From: Candidatus Omnitrophota bacterium
GTDB taxonomy: Bacteria > Omnitrophota > Gorgyraeia > Zapsychrales > Zapsychraceae
Direction: 5' to 3'
NCBI GenBank assembly: GCA_029261065.1
Contig: JAJDCB010000026.1
Location: forward strand, 82,715-146,714
DNA: 64,000 nt
Part shown: positions 40,605 through 51,415 of the stretch, in pieces
Layout of the letters: the number at the start of each line of letters is the position of its first letter
Position numbering within the stretch: position 1 is the stretch's first letter
Translations under genes and position numbers: made by a program
Notes under the pieces: model-generated
Database searches by the model: none
The model's input: the letters and a program-made list of their open reading frames with translations, nothing else
Told to the model about the DNA's origin: nothing

Positions 40605-41413
40605 CAATAGAGAGTAGATAAAATGGTTACGACACCAAAAATAAGCATAAAAATTCCAAAGTCAATTCTTTGCGCCATTTTTAATAGAAGATGAATGGTT
40701 GCTAAACCAAATATAAACGAAAAAATTAAACCGACAAGAGAAAGGAAGGAAAAATGTAATTCTGTTAGATTAAGGATAATATTTCCTCCCAAGACAATGG
40801 GAAGACTCATTAAGAAACTTAGTTTTAAGGCGTAGAATTTATCAAAACGACGAAGAAGAAGCGCGGATACGGTAAGGCCGGAACGAGAGAACCCAGGCAA
40901 AGCGGCAAAACCTTGAACAATACCGAGAATGATACCATCAAGAATGGTTAAATCTGAGAGATGTTTTTGGCTGCCGCCCTTTTTTTGTTTGCGTGAAGTT
41001 TGTATTTCCAAAAAGCCTGTTCCCAGAAGTAGAACACCAACAAGTAATGTGATCACTTTTCCTGTATGGTCCGAAAAATTTGTGATATGGTTGACAATTT
41101 TTAATAATGTTAATCCAAATACACCACTGATAAGCGTAGAAACAACAAGAAAAGAGATTAGTTTTTTATTTTCTAGAGATTGCGTTTTATATTTGAATAA
41201 GGCCTTTGAAAGTTTTAGAACATCTTTTCGAAAATAAATGAGGGCTGCAAAAAAAGTTCCTAGATGCAGAAATAAAGCCTTTTTTACCATCGTTTGCAAG
41301 TTTTCTTCAGATCCAAAAAGGTTAGCCTTTATTAAAATAATGGTTCCCTCAGAACTGATTGGCAACCATTCTGCTATTCCTTGTACGATTCCTAAAACAA
41401 TTTCTTCTAACAT
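40604..41413 (-). CDS. uppP: Undecaprenyl-diphosphate phosphatase
   Basis: LGIVQGIAEWLPISS, LHLGT, QGFAALPGFSRSGLT, SFLMSLP. Confidence 0.93.
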   Translation of the reverse strand: MLEEIVLGIVQGIAEWLPISSEGTIILIKANLFGSEENLQTMVKKALFLHLGTFFAALIYFRKDVLKLSKALFKYKTQSLENKKLISFLVVSTLISGVFGLTLLKIVNHITNFSDHTGKVITLLVGVLLLGTGFLEIQTSRKQKKGGSQKHLSDLTILDGIILGIVQGFAALPGFSRSGLTVSALLLRRFDKFYALKLSFLMSLPIVLGGNIILNLTELHFSFLSLVGLIFSFIFGLATIHLLLKMAQRIDFGIFMLIFGVVTILSTLY

Positions 41414-41678
41414 GCTTAATTACGCCTTAATACTTATATTTCTATTAATTTATAAATTTATAGTAACAGAGACCATGGCTCTTGTCTGCTAGAATTCTTA
41501 GATTGTTTACTGCTGGCAAGATTTTCGATCGCTGATCTCATCCTGAGCGCTGATTCGTACTCATCTGCAAGATTTCTGTTTTGGCTTGTTTCCCAAATGC
41601 GTTTACGTTAGAATGTGTCGGAACTTAAGAGAGAAAGTTTAGAAGTTTTCAAACAATGTTATCCATAAAGGATCCCTT

Positions 41679-42110
41679 ATGAAAAAAATATCATTGTTCT
41701 TATGTCTTTTATTAGTTGGTTGTGTCAGTGTTGATAATCCTAACGGATCGTTAATGACCAGCGAGCCAATTAAAAAACGCGATTTGACAAATATTAATTT
41801 AGTTTATGATGGAATGACTTATCAAGAGGTTTTAGGTGTGATGGGTCGAGAGCTAACGGTTGGTTATAAAAAGAATGATGCGAATGTTGAAATATTTGAT
41901 GCACAAACCATGACAAATCCTCATCGAGAAGAAGAATTAGTCGTCAACGGTTTGACTTACAAAATTTTGTTCTATTTTACTCATGTTAATAAGCCCGACG
42001 GTATGGTTGCAGAAGATGAATTGACGCCATTGGTTTTTGAGGACGAAAAACTTATTGGTAAAGGCTCTGATTTTTTGCATAAGCTAAGAAATCAGGGAGT
42101 CACAGAATAG
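41679..42110 (+). CDS. Lipoprotein (DUF3192-like)
   Basis: Lipobox LVGC; GMT..EV..VMG, LFYFT....DG....DELTPLVF....LIG.G. Confidence 0.7.
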   Translation: MKKISLFLCLLLVGCVSVDNPNGSLMTSEPIKKRDLTNINLVYDGMTYQEVLGVMGRELTVGYKKNDANVEIFDAQTMTNPHREEELVVNGLTYKILFYFTHVNKPDGMVAEDELTPLVFEDEKLIGKGSDFLHKLRNQGVTE

Positions 42111-42148
42111 AGGTTATCTAAAACAACTTTTAGGTCGTTGAGATTGTT

Positions 42149-43099
42149 ATGGTTAAAAAGACGTGTTGCCTTAAACCTCTTGTTTCTTTTGAAGATATTA
42201 AATTTCCTATTTGTTGGAAGGATCAGTTTTCTCGAGAAGCTCCTCTTGTTGTAGAGATTGGTTTTGGAATGGGAGAAGTTCTTCTGCGCAACGCTCAATC
42301 TTTTCCAGAAAACAATTATATTGGTATTGAACAACACTGGGAAAGAATTTATAAAACACTACAGAGTGTAACGCGTGTAAACGATTCGCTTAAAGCTCGC
42401 GTTTTAGTCGAGAACATTAAGATTTTAAAGATCGATGCGCGATTTGCTTTAGAAGCTTTTTTTAATGAAAGATCTATTTCATCGATTTACTGTTTGTTCC
42501 CATGTCCATGGCCGAAAAAAGGGCACATTAAACATCGGTTGTTTTCTAGTGCGTTTTTAAAATTGTTAAATAGTCGGCTAGTAGATAAGGGGGATGTTCG
42601 CATTGTTACAGATTTTTACCCTTATTTAGAGTGGGTTGGTGAACAGATTGAGGATACAGGTTTTAAGCTGGATCATCGTCCCATAAAGCCACAATTCCAA
42701 ACTAAGTTTGAAAAAAAATGGGTTGCTGAAGGACAGGAAGAGTTTTTTGAGTATCATTTACAAAAAGTTAAACATCAATCACAACCTGTTCCTCAAGTAG
42801 AAGAGATGAAGATTTATAAAATAAATTCGTTTGATTTTAAAAAATTTGACTTTGTCGACGTAAAATCAGAAGTATCTGTGATTTTAAAAGAAAAAGTGTA
42901 TGACGAATTACAGAAAAAAGCAATGTTGAGGTTGATCGTTTCTGAGAAAAATTTGACACAGCCCCTTTGGGTTAACATTATTAAAAAAGATGACTGCTGG
43001 AGTATTAAAAAGGGAGAGGGACAGATATTTTTTCCAACTCCTGGAATTGCTAAAGCCATCGAACTAATTTATTTAGCAGCAAAAAATACAACCGTATAG
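42149..43099 (+). CDS. trmB: tRNA (guanine-N7)-methyltransferase with C-terminal extension
   Basis: VEIGFGMG, YIGIE, FPCPWPKK.H.KHRL, VTD, TKFEKK. Confidence 0.9.
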   Translation: MVKKTCCLKPLVSFEDIKFPICWKDQFSREAPLVVEIGFGMGEVLLRNAQSFPENNYIGIEQHWERIYKTLQSVTRVNDSLKARVLVENIKILKIDARFALEAFFNERSISSIYCLFPCPWPKKGHIKHRLFSSAFLKLLNSRLVDKGDVRIVTDFYPYLEWVGEQIEDTGFKLDHRPIKPQFQTKFEKKWVAEGQEEFFEYHLQKVKHQSQPVPQVEEMKIYKINSFDFKKFDFVDVKSEVSVILKEKVYDELQKKAMLRLIVSEKNLTQPLWVNIIKKDDCWSIKKGEGQIFFPTPGIAKAIELIYLAAKNTTV

Positions 43100-43106
43100 A
43101 TGTTAT

Positions 43107-43931
43107 ATGATTACTAAAAAACTTTATAGACGAATAGCTTTAATTCTTAGTTTTACCGTACTGATGAATTTTCTTCTTCCCTTTAACGGTATGGCAGATA
43201 GTCGGGTTGGTTGTAAAACAGTAATTTTTTCAGACAGTACCAAAGTTAAAAGATTGTTTGGCAAAGGTGTGCATAATAGGGTGTTGCCGGCCAGTACTAC
43301 AAAAGTCATGACAGCTCTTTTAGTTTTAGAGCATCTCCCTTTAGATAAATATATTACCGTGACTTCAAGAGCTACAAAAGTCCAGCCTACGAAGTTGTAT
43401 CTAAAGCCGGGGGAGAAGTACAGAGTAAGAGATTTATTGTTTGCTATTCTTTTAAAATCGGCCAACGATGCCAGTATTGTTTTAGCTGAGGCCGTTTCGG
43501 GTTCTGAACAAAAATTTGTGGCTTTAATGAATAAAAAAGCTAAGCAAATTGGTGCGAAACATACTAAGTTTGCCAACTCAAATGGTCTTCCTTCTCGAGC
43601 TAAACAATACACAACTGCCTATGATATGTATTTGATTTTTAGAAAAGCGCTTAAGCATAAATTTTTTCGAGATACGATAAAGCTTAGATATAAAAAGATT
43701 TATAGTCGTAGCGGGCGTGAAATTGCTCTTAAGTCTCATAATAAAATTTTGTTTAAAGACTGGAGGCGAAAAATATACGGTAAAACCGGCTATACGCGCG
43801 CTGCTCAGGCGTGTTTTGTTGGAACAATGCAGAAAGGGGATAGCACTCTTATAATTGCTGTATTTGGTTGTAGTAAGAGATGGGAAACGATAAAACATGT
43901 TGTTTCCAAATATGGCGGTATTCGTCTTTAG
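43107..43931 (+). CDS. D-alanyl-D-alanine carboxypeptidase (peptidase S11)
   Basis: PASTTKVMT (SxxK), SANDA (SxN), GKTGYT (KTG). Confidence 0.93.
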   Translation: MITKKLYRRIALILSFTVLMNFLLPFNGMADSRVGCKTVIFSDSTKVKRLFGKGVHNRVLPASTTKVMTALLVLEHLPLDKYITVTSRATKVQPTKLYLKPGEKYRVRDLLFAILLKSANDASIVLAEAVSGSEQKFVALMNKKAKQIGAKHTKFANSNGLPSRAKQYTTAYDMYLIFRKALKHKFFRDTIKLRYKKIYSRSGREIALKSHNKILFKDWRRKIYGKTGYTRAAQACFVGTMQKGDSTLIIAVFGCSKRWETIKHVVSKYGGIRL

Positions 43932-44136
43932 TTGATGACGCCATAAGTTGTTGTTTGTTAATGGTTTATGTAAAAAATAGACCTTAAGTTTTTTAAGCGC
44001 CTTCCTTGGAAACTCGTTGCAATTTAAATCCATTCATAGTACAATACACCTTTTGATTTAGGGAAAATGCTTAAGTAGTTGTAATTATCTTATTAATATT
44101 ATTATACTTGCAACATTTATAAGAAAGGACACGATT

Positions 44137-45009
44137 ATGGGACAAAAAACATTTACCTTTGTTTTGGTTGTTGTTGTTGGCGTTTTGTTGGGAGTGGCTG
44201 CCGTTAAACAGCAAACAGATTCTCCTCTTTTAAGAGAGATTGTGAGTTCTCAAACTACGATTATTAATAATCAAAGTAAGTTTGAATCAAAGCTAAACGC
44301 ACCCTCAACAAATCTTGCCCAGGGTGGTCCTTTAATGAATCAAATTACTCTTCGGCTTCAAGCTTTAGAAGGTCGTGTGACAAGTTTGGAAGGTCAGTTA
44401 CAGTTGGCCAAAACGGCTTTACAACAAGCACGACAACAAGCTCCAGCCCCTGTCAGGCAAGCTCCTCCGCCGGAAGATTTAAGTAAAGTTTATACTATTG
44501 ATGTCGCGCACTCTCCTGTTATTGGAAATAAAGATGCTCCTGTAACGATTGTCGAGTTTGTTGATTTTCAATGCCCCTTTTGTGCACGTTTTCATCCACC
44601 TGTTGCTGAAGTTTTAAAAGCTTATCCTGATAAAGTTAAATATATGGTTAAAAATTTTCCATTATCATTTCATCCAAAAGCTAAACCAGCGTCTAAAGCA
44701 GCCTTTGCTGCTGCAGAACAAGGTAAATATCAAGAAATGGTTGATGAGTTGTTGGAAAATGGAAATCAACTTTCCGATGAGAAATTTCAGGAAATTGCTA
44801 AAAACATCGGTTTAAATGTTAAAAAGTTTATGAAAGATTATACAGAGAAGGATGCGGAATATGAGAAGCGTATTCTAGCTGATATTGCTCTGGGAGGCAA
44901 AGTGGGTGTGCGTGGAACACCTTCGTTTTATATAAATGGAAGAAAGACAAGCGCACGAGATTTTCCTAGTTGGAAAAAAGAAGTTGATGCGATTTTAAAT
45001 CAAAAATAA
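44137..45009 (+). CDS. DsbA-family thioredoxin-fold protein with N-terminal coiled coil
   Basis: DFQCPFC, FPLSFH, GVRGTPSFYING; membrane anchor. Confidence 0.92.
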   Translation: MGQKTFTFVLVVVVGVLLGVAAVKQQTDSPLLREIVSSQTTIINNQSKFESKLNAPSTNLAQGGPLMNQITLRLQALEGRVTSLEGQLQLAKTALQQARQQAPAPVRQAPPPEDLSKVYTIDVAHSPVIGNKDAPVTIVEFVDFQCPFCARFHPPVAEVLKAYPDKVKYMVKNFPLSFHPKAKPASKAAFAAAEQGKYQEMVDELLENGNQLSDEKFQEIAKNIGLNVKKFMKDYTEKDAEYEKRILADIALGGKVGVRGTPSFYINGRKTSARDFPSWKKEVDAILNQK

Positions 45010-45029
45010 AGACGTTAATAAACATTAGT

Positions 45030-45061
45030 GTAGGGGACGCGAAAAGGTATGCGTCCCCTAC
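45030..45061. repeat. GTAG-type REP hairpin (possible terminator)
   Basis: GTAGGGGACGC-10 nt-GCGTCCCCTAC, perfect 11-bp stem. Confidence 0.75.
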
Positions 45062-45083
45062 CTTATTATTGAGGGAGGTTGTT

Positions 45084-45338
45084 ATGGTACGTGTAGGTGG
45101 TTTAACAAAAAAGTTTTACACGGAAACCAGAGGTATTAAGGTTTCTGGAGGACAAAAGGTTACATCGGGTCACATATTGACACGTGAAGGTCACAAATGG
45201 CAAGCGGGTGAAAATGTAAATGGAAAGACTCATTTAACGGCTGCTTGTGATGGCGAGGTATTTTTTACGAAAAAGAAAAATCGATATCGTAAGGTTGTGA
45301 CGTTTATCAATATAAAGCTGATTGAAGAAAAGAAATAA
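45084..45338 (+). CDS. rpmA: Divergent ribosomal protein bL27
   Basis: RGIKVSGGQKV.SG.IL.R.G.KW.AGENV....L.A..DG.V.F matches the L27 core; strong GGAGG SD. Confidence 0.8.
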   Translation: MVRVGGLTKKFYTETRGIKVSGGQKVTSGHILTREGHKWQAGENVNGKTHLTAACDGEVFFTKKKNRYRKVVTFINIKLIEEKK

Positions 45339-45367
45339 GATTATAGGCCTGTAATTTCCGTCCCTTA

Positions 45368-45468
45368 TGCCATTCCCGCGAAAGCGGGAATCTTATGGGG
45401 TAAACTCCAGCGGGAATCGATGCAGCGCATATTATTATTACGTGGTTCCCGTTTTCGCGGGAATGACA
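45368..45468. repeat. REPIN (inverted REP pair), TGTCATTCCC family
   Basis: tgccattcccgcgaaagcgggaatc ... ggttcccgttttcgcgggaatgaca. Confidence 0.85.
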
Positions 45469-45487
45469 ATTTTAAAAGGTTGCATTC

Positions 45488-47320
45488 ATGTGCGGAATCA
45501 TTGGATATGTCGGAGAAAATCAAGCTGTTCCTGTGTTACTCGGTGGATTAAAAAAGTTGGAATATCGTGGATACGATTCCAGTGGCATAGGAGTTCTTCA
45601 TCCAGAGAAAGCACAGATTGTTCTACGTAAATCAGATGGAAAAATCAAAAATCTTGAAAAGCTTATTGCCAAACAACCCTTCCCCAAAAGCACAATAGGC
45701 ATTTCCCACACCCGATGGGCTACCCATGGAGCCCCCAATAAAGTTAATGCTCATCCCCACGCTGATGGATCTGGTCATATCTTAATTGTTCATAATGGAA
45801 TTATTGAAAATTATGAATTGTTAAAAAAGGATCTGAAAAAAAGGGGACACACCTTTAAATCAGATACAGATTCAGAAGTTATCGCACATCTTATTGAAAG
45901 TTATTATAAGGGGGACTTGTTTGCTGCTGTAAAGAAAGCAATCAAAAAACTAAATGGTGCTTACGCTTTAGGTGTTATTTCTTCTTATCATCCCGATTTG
46001 CTTATTGCAGCCCGCATTGGTTCGCCTCTCATTATTGGTTGTGGAAAAAATGAAAATTTTATAGCCTCTGATGCCCCTGCCATCTTAGATTGTACACGAC
46101 GAGTGATTTATTTAAAAGATGGTCATATGGCTACTTTAAGTAAAAGTCAAATTAAGGTTTTTGATTTTAATGGAAAAGTTGTAAAGCCAAAAATTGATCG
46201 GATTACTTATAGTTTGGATGCCGTGGCCAAACAAGGGTTTGATCATTTTATGATGAAGGAAATGCATGAGCAGCCCGACGTTCTTAAAAAGATGCTTGCA
46301 AGTTGTATTAAGGGAAAACAAGTTGTTTTAGATGGGTGGAATTTAAGCGAGCAGCAAATTAAAAACATTTCTAATATTACCATCGTTGCTTGTGGAACGG
46401 CTTATCATGCGGGAATGGTTGGGCGCTATATTATCGAGGCCCTTGCTGGTATTTCTGTAAATGTAGATGTTTCCAGTGAATTTCGTTATCGTAATCCTAT
46501 TCTGTCAAAAAAATCTATTGTTATAGCGATTAGTCAGTCAGGGGAAACAGCTGATACGTTAGCTGCTGTGCGTGAAGCAAAACAGAAAGGGGCTAAGATT
46601 GTTTCTATCTGTAATGTGTTAGGGTCTTCGTTAGCACGCGAATCTGACGCTGTTTTATATACACATGCGGGACCAGAGATTGGGGTCGCCTCAACAAAGG
46701 CGTATACAGCTCAGTTAGGGATGTTGTATCTGTTGGCTATCAAATTGGCGATGGTTAAAAAATATATTTCTACTAGCGAAATCAACACATTAATTACGCA
46801 ACTTAAGAAAGTGCCATCCTTATATACAAAAATACTTAAAACAAAAACTTCGATTGCTAAAATCGCTAGAACGAATTCCCATTTTGGTTGTTTTCTCTTT
46901 TTAGGAAGAAACATCAATTATCCAACAGCCATGGAAGGAGCTTTAAAGTTAAAAGAAATTTCTTATATTCCCGCTGAAGGTTATGCTGCTGGTGAAATGA
47001 AACATGGTCCTATTGCTTTAATTGATGAGTATCGGGCGGTTGTGTGTATAGCCACAGAGTCTGACACGTATGAAAAAATGATTTCAAATATTCAGGAGAT
47101 TCGTTCTCGAAAAGGAAAAGTTATAGCGATTGCCACAGAAGGGGATAAAAATATTTCTAAACACGCAACACATGTAGTATACGTTCCTAAAACCCACAAA
47201 CTCTTAACACCGTTACTTGCGGCTCTTCCTTTACAATTGATTGCCTATTACATTTCGGTCAAACGAGGGTGTGATGTGGATCAGCCGAGGAATTTGGCGA
47301 AATCTGTGACAGTTGAGTAG
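45488..47320 (+). CDS. glmS: Glutamine-fructose-6-phosphate aminotransferase
   Basis: MCGIIG, LEYRGYDS, HTRWATHG, SQSGETADT, GEMKHGP, DQPRNLAKSVTVE. Confidence 0.98.
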   Translation: MCGIIGYVGENQAVPVLLGGLKKLEYRGYDSSGIGVLHPEKAQIVLRKSDGKIKNLEKLIAKQPFPKSTIGISHTRWATHGAPNKVNAHPHADGSGHILIVHNGIIENYELLKKDLKKRGHTFKSDTDSEVIAHLIESYYKGDLFAAVKKAIKKLNGAYALGVISSYHPDLLIAARIGSPLIIGCGKNENFIASDAPAILDCTRRVIYLKDGHMATLSKSQIKVFDFNGKVVKPKIDRITYSLDAVAKQGFDHFMMKEMHEQPDVLKKMLASCIKGKQVVLDGWNLSEQQIKNISNITIVACGTAYHAGMVGRYIIEALAGISVNVDVSSEFRYRNPILSKKSIVIAISQSGETADTLAAVREAKQKGAKIVSICNVLGSSLARESDAVLYTHAGPEIGVASTKAYTAQLGMLYLLAIKLAMVKKYISTSEINTLITQLKKVPSLYTKILKTKTSIAKIARTNSHFGCFLFLGRNINYPTAMEGALKLKEISYIPAEGYAAGEMKHGPIALIDEYRAVVCIATESDTYEKMISNIQEIRSRKGKVIAIATEGDKNISKHATHVVYVPKTHKLLTPLLAALPLQLIAYYISVKRGCDVDQPRNLAKSVTVE

Positions 47321-47337
47321 CTTTAATAATTATTTTA

Positions 47338-47533
47338 GGAAGAAATAACCAAGGTACAAGTTACAAGAAATCCGGCCTTTGGCCGGACCACGGCATCTCT
47401 GGATGCCGGGCAAAAAATAATCAATACATCAATGTTTTAATAACCAGTAATAACCAATAACGTTTGGATATTCAAATATTGTTTTTTGATTATTTTTTGT
47501 ATCTTGTTATCTTGTACCTTGGTTATTTCTTCC
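47338..47533. repeat. Heptamer-armed hairpin, TACAAGN family, copy 2, with nested GC hairpins
   Basis: Perfect 23-bp outer IR ggaagaaataaccaaggtacaag; insert tccggcctttggccgga and cggcatctctggatgccg at 47371-47408. Confidence 0.88.
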
Positions 47534-47547
47534 CATTTACTACTAAT

Positions 47548-48219
47548 ATGCTCTACATCGTATCCACCCCCATAGGAAATCTCAAAGACATCACCTTCCG
47601 TGCTGTTGAGACGCTAAAGCAAGTTGATCTCATCGCCGCTGAAGACACACGACACACCCGTATTCTTACCAAACACTACGATATTCAAACACCACTGACA
47701 AGTTATTTTGAGCACAACAAAGTTAAGAAGGGGGATGAGTTGCTTAAAATATTACAAGAGGGAAAAGATATTGCTTTAGTGACAGATGCAGGAACCCCTG
47801 GGATTAGTGATCCTGGGTATCGATTAATTCAGTTAGCCAAAGAACACAATATTGGTATGACGGTTATTCCTGGGGCAAGTGCGTGCATTGCGGCCTTGTC
47901 GTTATCAGCTTTACCCACCGATCGTTTTGTGTTTGAAGGTTTTCTCCCTGTGAAATCTCCGTCACGGTGTACACGATTAGAAACATTTAAAGATGAGAGG
48001 CGAACTATCATTTTTTATGAGTCGCCCCACCGATTGATTAAGTGTTTGAAAGATATTCAAAAAGTTTTAGATGATCCATTTGTTGTTTGCGCGCGTGAGA
48101 TAACAAAGAAGTTTGAGGAAGTGTGTGAGGGGTCGGCAAGTGAGTTGGTTGAACATTTTGAACAGCGAGGGGTGAAGGGGGAGTTTGTGGTTTTGGTGAG
48201 GGGATGTAAAAAGTCATAA
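47548..48219 (+). CDS. rsmI: 16S rRNA (cytidine1402-2'-O)-methyltransferase
   Basis: MLYIVSTPIGNL.DIT.RA, AEDTR, DAGTPGISDPG, YESPHR, REITKKFEE; start moved to 47548. Confidence 0.96.
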   Translation: MLYIVSTPIGNLKDITFRAVETLKQVDLIAAEDTRHTRILTKHYDIQTPLTSYFEHNKVKKGDELLKILQEGKDIALVTDAGTPGISDPGYRLIQLAKEHNIGMTVIPGASACIAALSLSALPTDRFVFEGFLPVKSPSRCTRLETFKDERRTIIFYESPHRLIKCLKDIQKVLDDPFVVCAREITKKFEEVCEGSASELVEHFEQRGVKGEFVVLVRGCKKS

Positions 48220-48323
48220 TGTCATTTCCAATTGCTTTGTGGTTCATACCTTTGATTATGTTGTTATAAAAGGCATATTCTAAGTAAATATAGTTATGAA
48301 ACAGAGAGCTCTTGCGGTCGGTC

Positions 48324-48352
48324 TTGACAGATGAGGAGTAGAGTGGTATAGT
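48324..48352 (+). promoter_or_regulatory. Sigma70 promoter of pyrRBC
   Basis: TTGACA-17 nt-TATAGT with TGn extension. Confidence 0.85.
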
Positions 48353-48363
48353 TTCAACAATCA

Positions 48364-48396
48364 ACCTTTAATTCGGCCCTGCGAGGTCGGTAAGGA
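48364..48396 (+). promoter_or_regulatory. PyrR-binding RNA loop (anti-antiterminator)
   Basis: cctttaa-ttcggccctgcgaggtcgg-taagg matches the CUUUAA...CCNGNGAGG PyrR motif. Confidence 0.88.
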
Positions 48397-48435
48397 TTTT
48401 AAATGAAACAAAACATATTGCAAATAGTACAGTTT

Positions 48436-48474
48436 AGCTCGTCTTCCTTAAGATGGAAGGGCGGGCTTTTTTTT
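48436..48474 (+). terminator. Attenuator terminator of pyr leader
   Basis: agctcgtcttcc-ttaagat-ggaagggcgggc-T8; tcctta can alternatively pair with taagga at 48391. Confidence 0.88.
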
Positions 48475-48501
48475 ATAAATACGCATAATAAGGGAGATAG
48501 G

Positions 48502-48600
48502 GATAGAGTAGTAGAGTGGTAGAGTGATAAAGTGGTAATAAGGATCTATTGGGAAGGCGCCGAATTTATTATCACTTTATCACTCTACTACTCTATCACT
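48502..48600. repeat. Octamer-armed intergenic hairpin, (G/A)RTARAGT family, copy 1
   Basis: gatagagt-agtagagt-ggtagagt-gataaagt-ggtaataa ... ttattatc-actttatc-actctact-actctatc. Confidence 0.88.
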
Positions 48601-48611
48601 TCTTCCACTAA

Positions 48612-50109
<1,498 letters not shown>

Positions 50110-50123
50110 AATAGGAATTTAGA

Positions 50124-51404
50124 ATGTCATTACTTATCAAAAACGCAAGTATAGTTAACGCTGATAAACATGAAAAGAATACACAGGATATTCTATGTGA
50201 GAAAGGTGTTATTGTAAAAATTGCGCCTTCTATAAAGGCTGATAATGCTAAAACAGTTGATGCCAAAGACATGCTTGTCATGCCAGGTTTAATTGATATG
50301 CATATTCATATGCGCGAACCAGGTCAAGAGCATAAAGAGACCGTTGAGACAGGTTCCATGTCAGCGGCCAAGGGTGGATTCACGACGGTGATGTGTATGC
50401 CTAATACGAGTCCGGTGATTGATAATGCGATGATTGTTGAAGGTATCATAAAAGAAGCGAAACGTGTTGGGCTGACAAACGTTATTCCTATTGGTGCTAT
50501 TACAAAGGGACAAAAAGATCAAGAGCTTGTGGATATGATGGAGCTGAAGGAAGCTGGTTGTTTGGCTTTGAGTGATGATGGGAAATCTGTTGTTAATAGT
50601 CAACTTATGCGCATGGCTCTTGAGTATGCCAAGATGGCAGATTTATTATTGATTGAACACTGTGAGGATCCTTTATTAAGTGGCGATGGTATCATGAACG
50701 AAGGGAAAACATCGACGCTGTTGGGATTAAAAGCTCAGCCTAGTCTTTCAGAATCTGTCATTATTGCAAGAGATATAGAGTTAATTCATTATCTCAATAC
50801 AAAAGTACATATTGCTCATGTCACAATTAAGCGCGCGGTTGATATTATTCGTTTTGCCAAAAGTCAAGGCATACAAATAACAGCGGAAGCCTGTCCTCAT
50901 CACTTTACATTAACGGATGAAGCCTTAAATGAATTTGATACGAATGCCAAAGTAAATCCTCCTTTAAGAACACCAGAAGATGTAGAAGCCATTAAAGAAG
51001 GATTGAAAGATGGAACTCTGGATTGTATTGTGACAGACCATGCACCGCACACACGAGAAGACAAAGAGCTTGATCTAGATCATGCAGCCTATGGTATGAT
51101 TGGGCTTGAAACCTCAGTTGGCTTAACCATTACGGAACTTGTTGATAAAAAAGTTTTAACATGGACACAGATGGCAGAGAGAATGTCCCATGCCCCTGCA
51201 CGAATTATTGGCCTCTCACAGAAGGGGTCTATTAAGGAAGGCATGGATGCGGACATCACGATTATTGATCCTAAGAAAGAATGGACGATAACGAAAGAAG
51301 ATATCGTATCAAAATCAAAAAATACTCCTTTCTATGGACGTAAACTAAAGGGAAGGGTTGCCACAACGATTCTTACAGGTAAGGTTGTGTATAAAGAGAC
51401 TTAA
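50124..51404 (+). CDS. pyrC: Dihydroorotase
   Basis: DMHIHMREPG, GGFTT..CMPNT, KVNPPLR, TDHAPH. Confidence 0.96.
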   Translation: MSLLIKNASIVNADKHEKNTQDILCEKGVIVKIAPSIKADNAKTVDAKDMLVMPGLIDMHIHMREPGQEHKETVETGSMSAAKGGFTTVMCMPNTSPVIDNAMIVEGIIKEAKRVGLTNVIPIGAITKGQKDQELVDMMELKEAGCLALSDDGKSVVNSQLMRMALEYAKMADLLLIEHCEDPLLSGDGIMNEGKTSTLLGLKAQPSLSESVIIARDIELIHYLNTKVHIAHVTIKRAVDIIRFAKSQGIQITAEACPHHFTLTDEALNEFDTNAKVNPPLRTPEDVEAIKEGLKDGTLDCIVTDHAPHTREDKELDLDHAAYGMIGLETSVGLTITELVDKKVLTWTQMAERMSHAPARIIGLSQKGSIKEGMDADITIIDPKKEWTITKEDIVSKSKNTPFYGRKLKGRVATTILTGKVVYKET

Positions 51405-51415
51405 TTTTCTTTGAG

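Noticed and set aside
41520-41580. Hammerhead ribozyme on the minus strand (gatgag...gaaa)
   Set aside because: Core CUGANGA is not intact and the flanking stems do not form
43124-44033. Long antisense ORFs over the carboxypeptidase gene, and similar short ORFs throughout
   Set aside because: Antisense or alternate-frame shadows of well-supported genes, with no motifs
45340-45487. glmS ribozyme, or the 87-aa ORF at 45367, upstream of glmS
   Set aside because: Region is a REP pair and lacks the ribozyme core; the ORF is translated REP overlapping glmS
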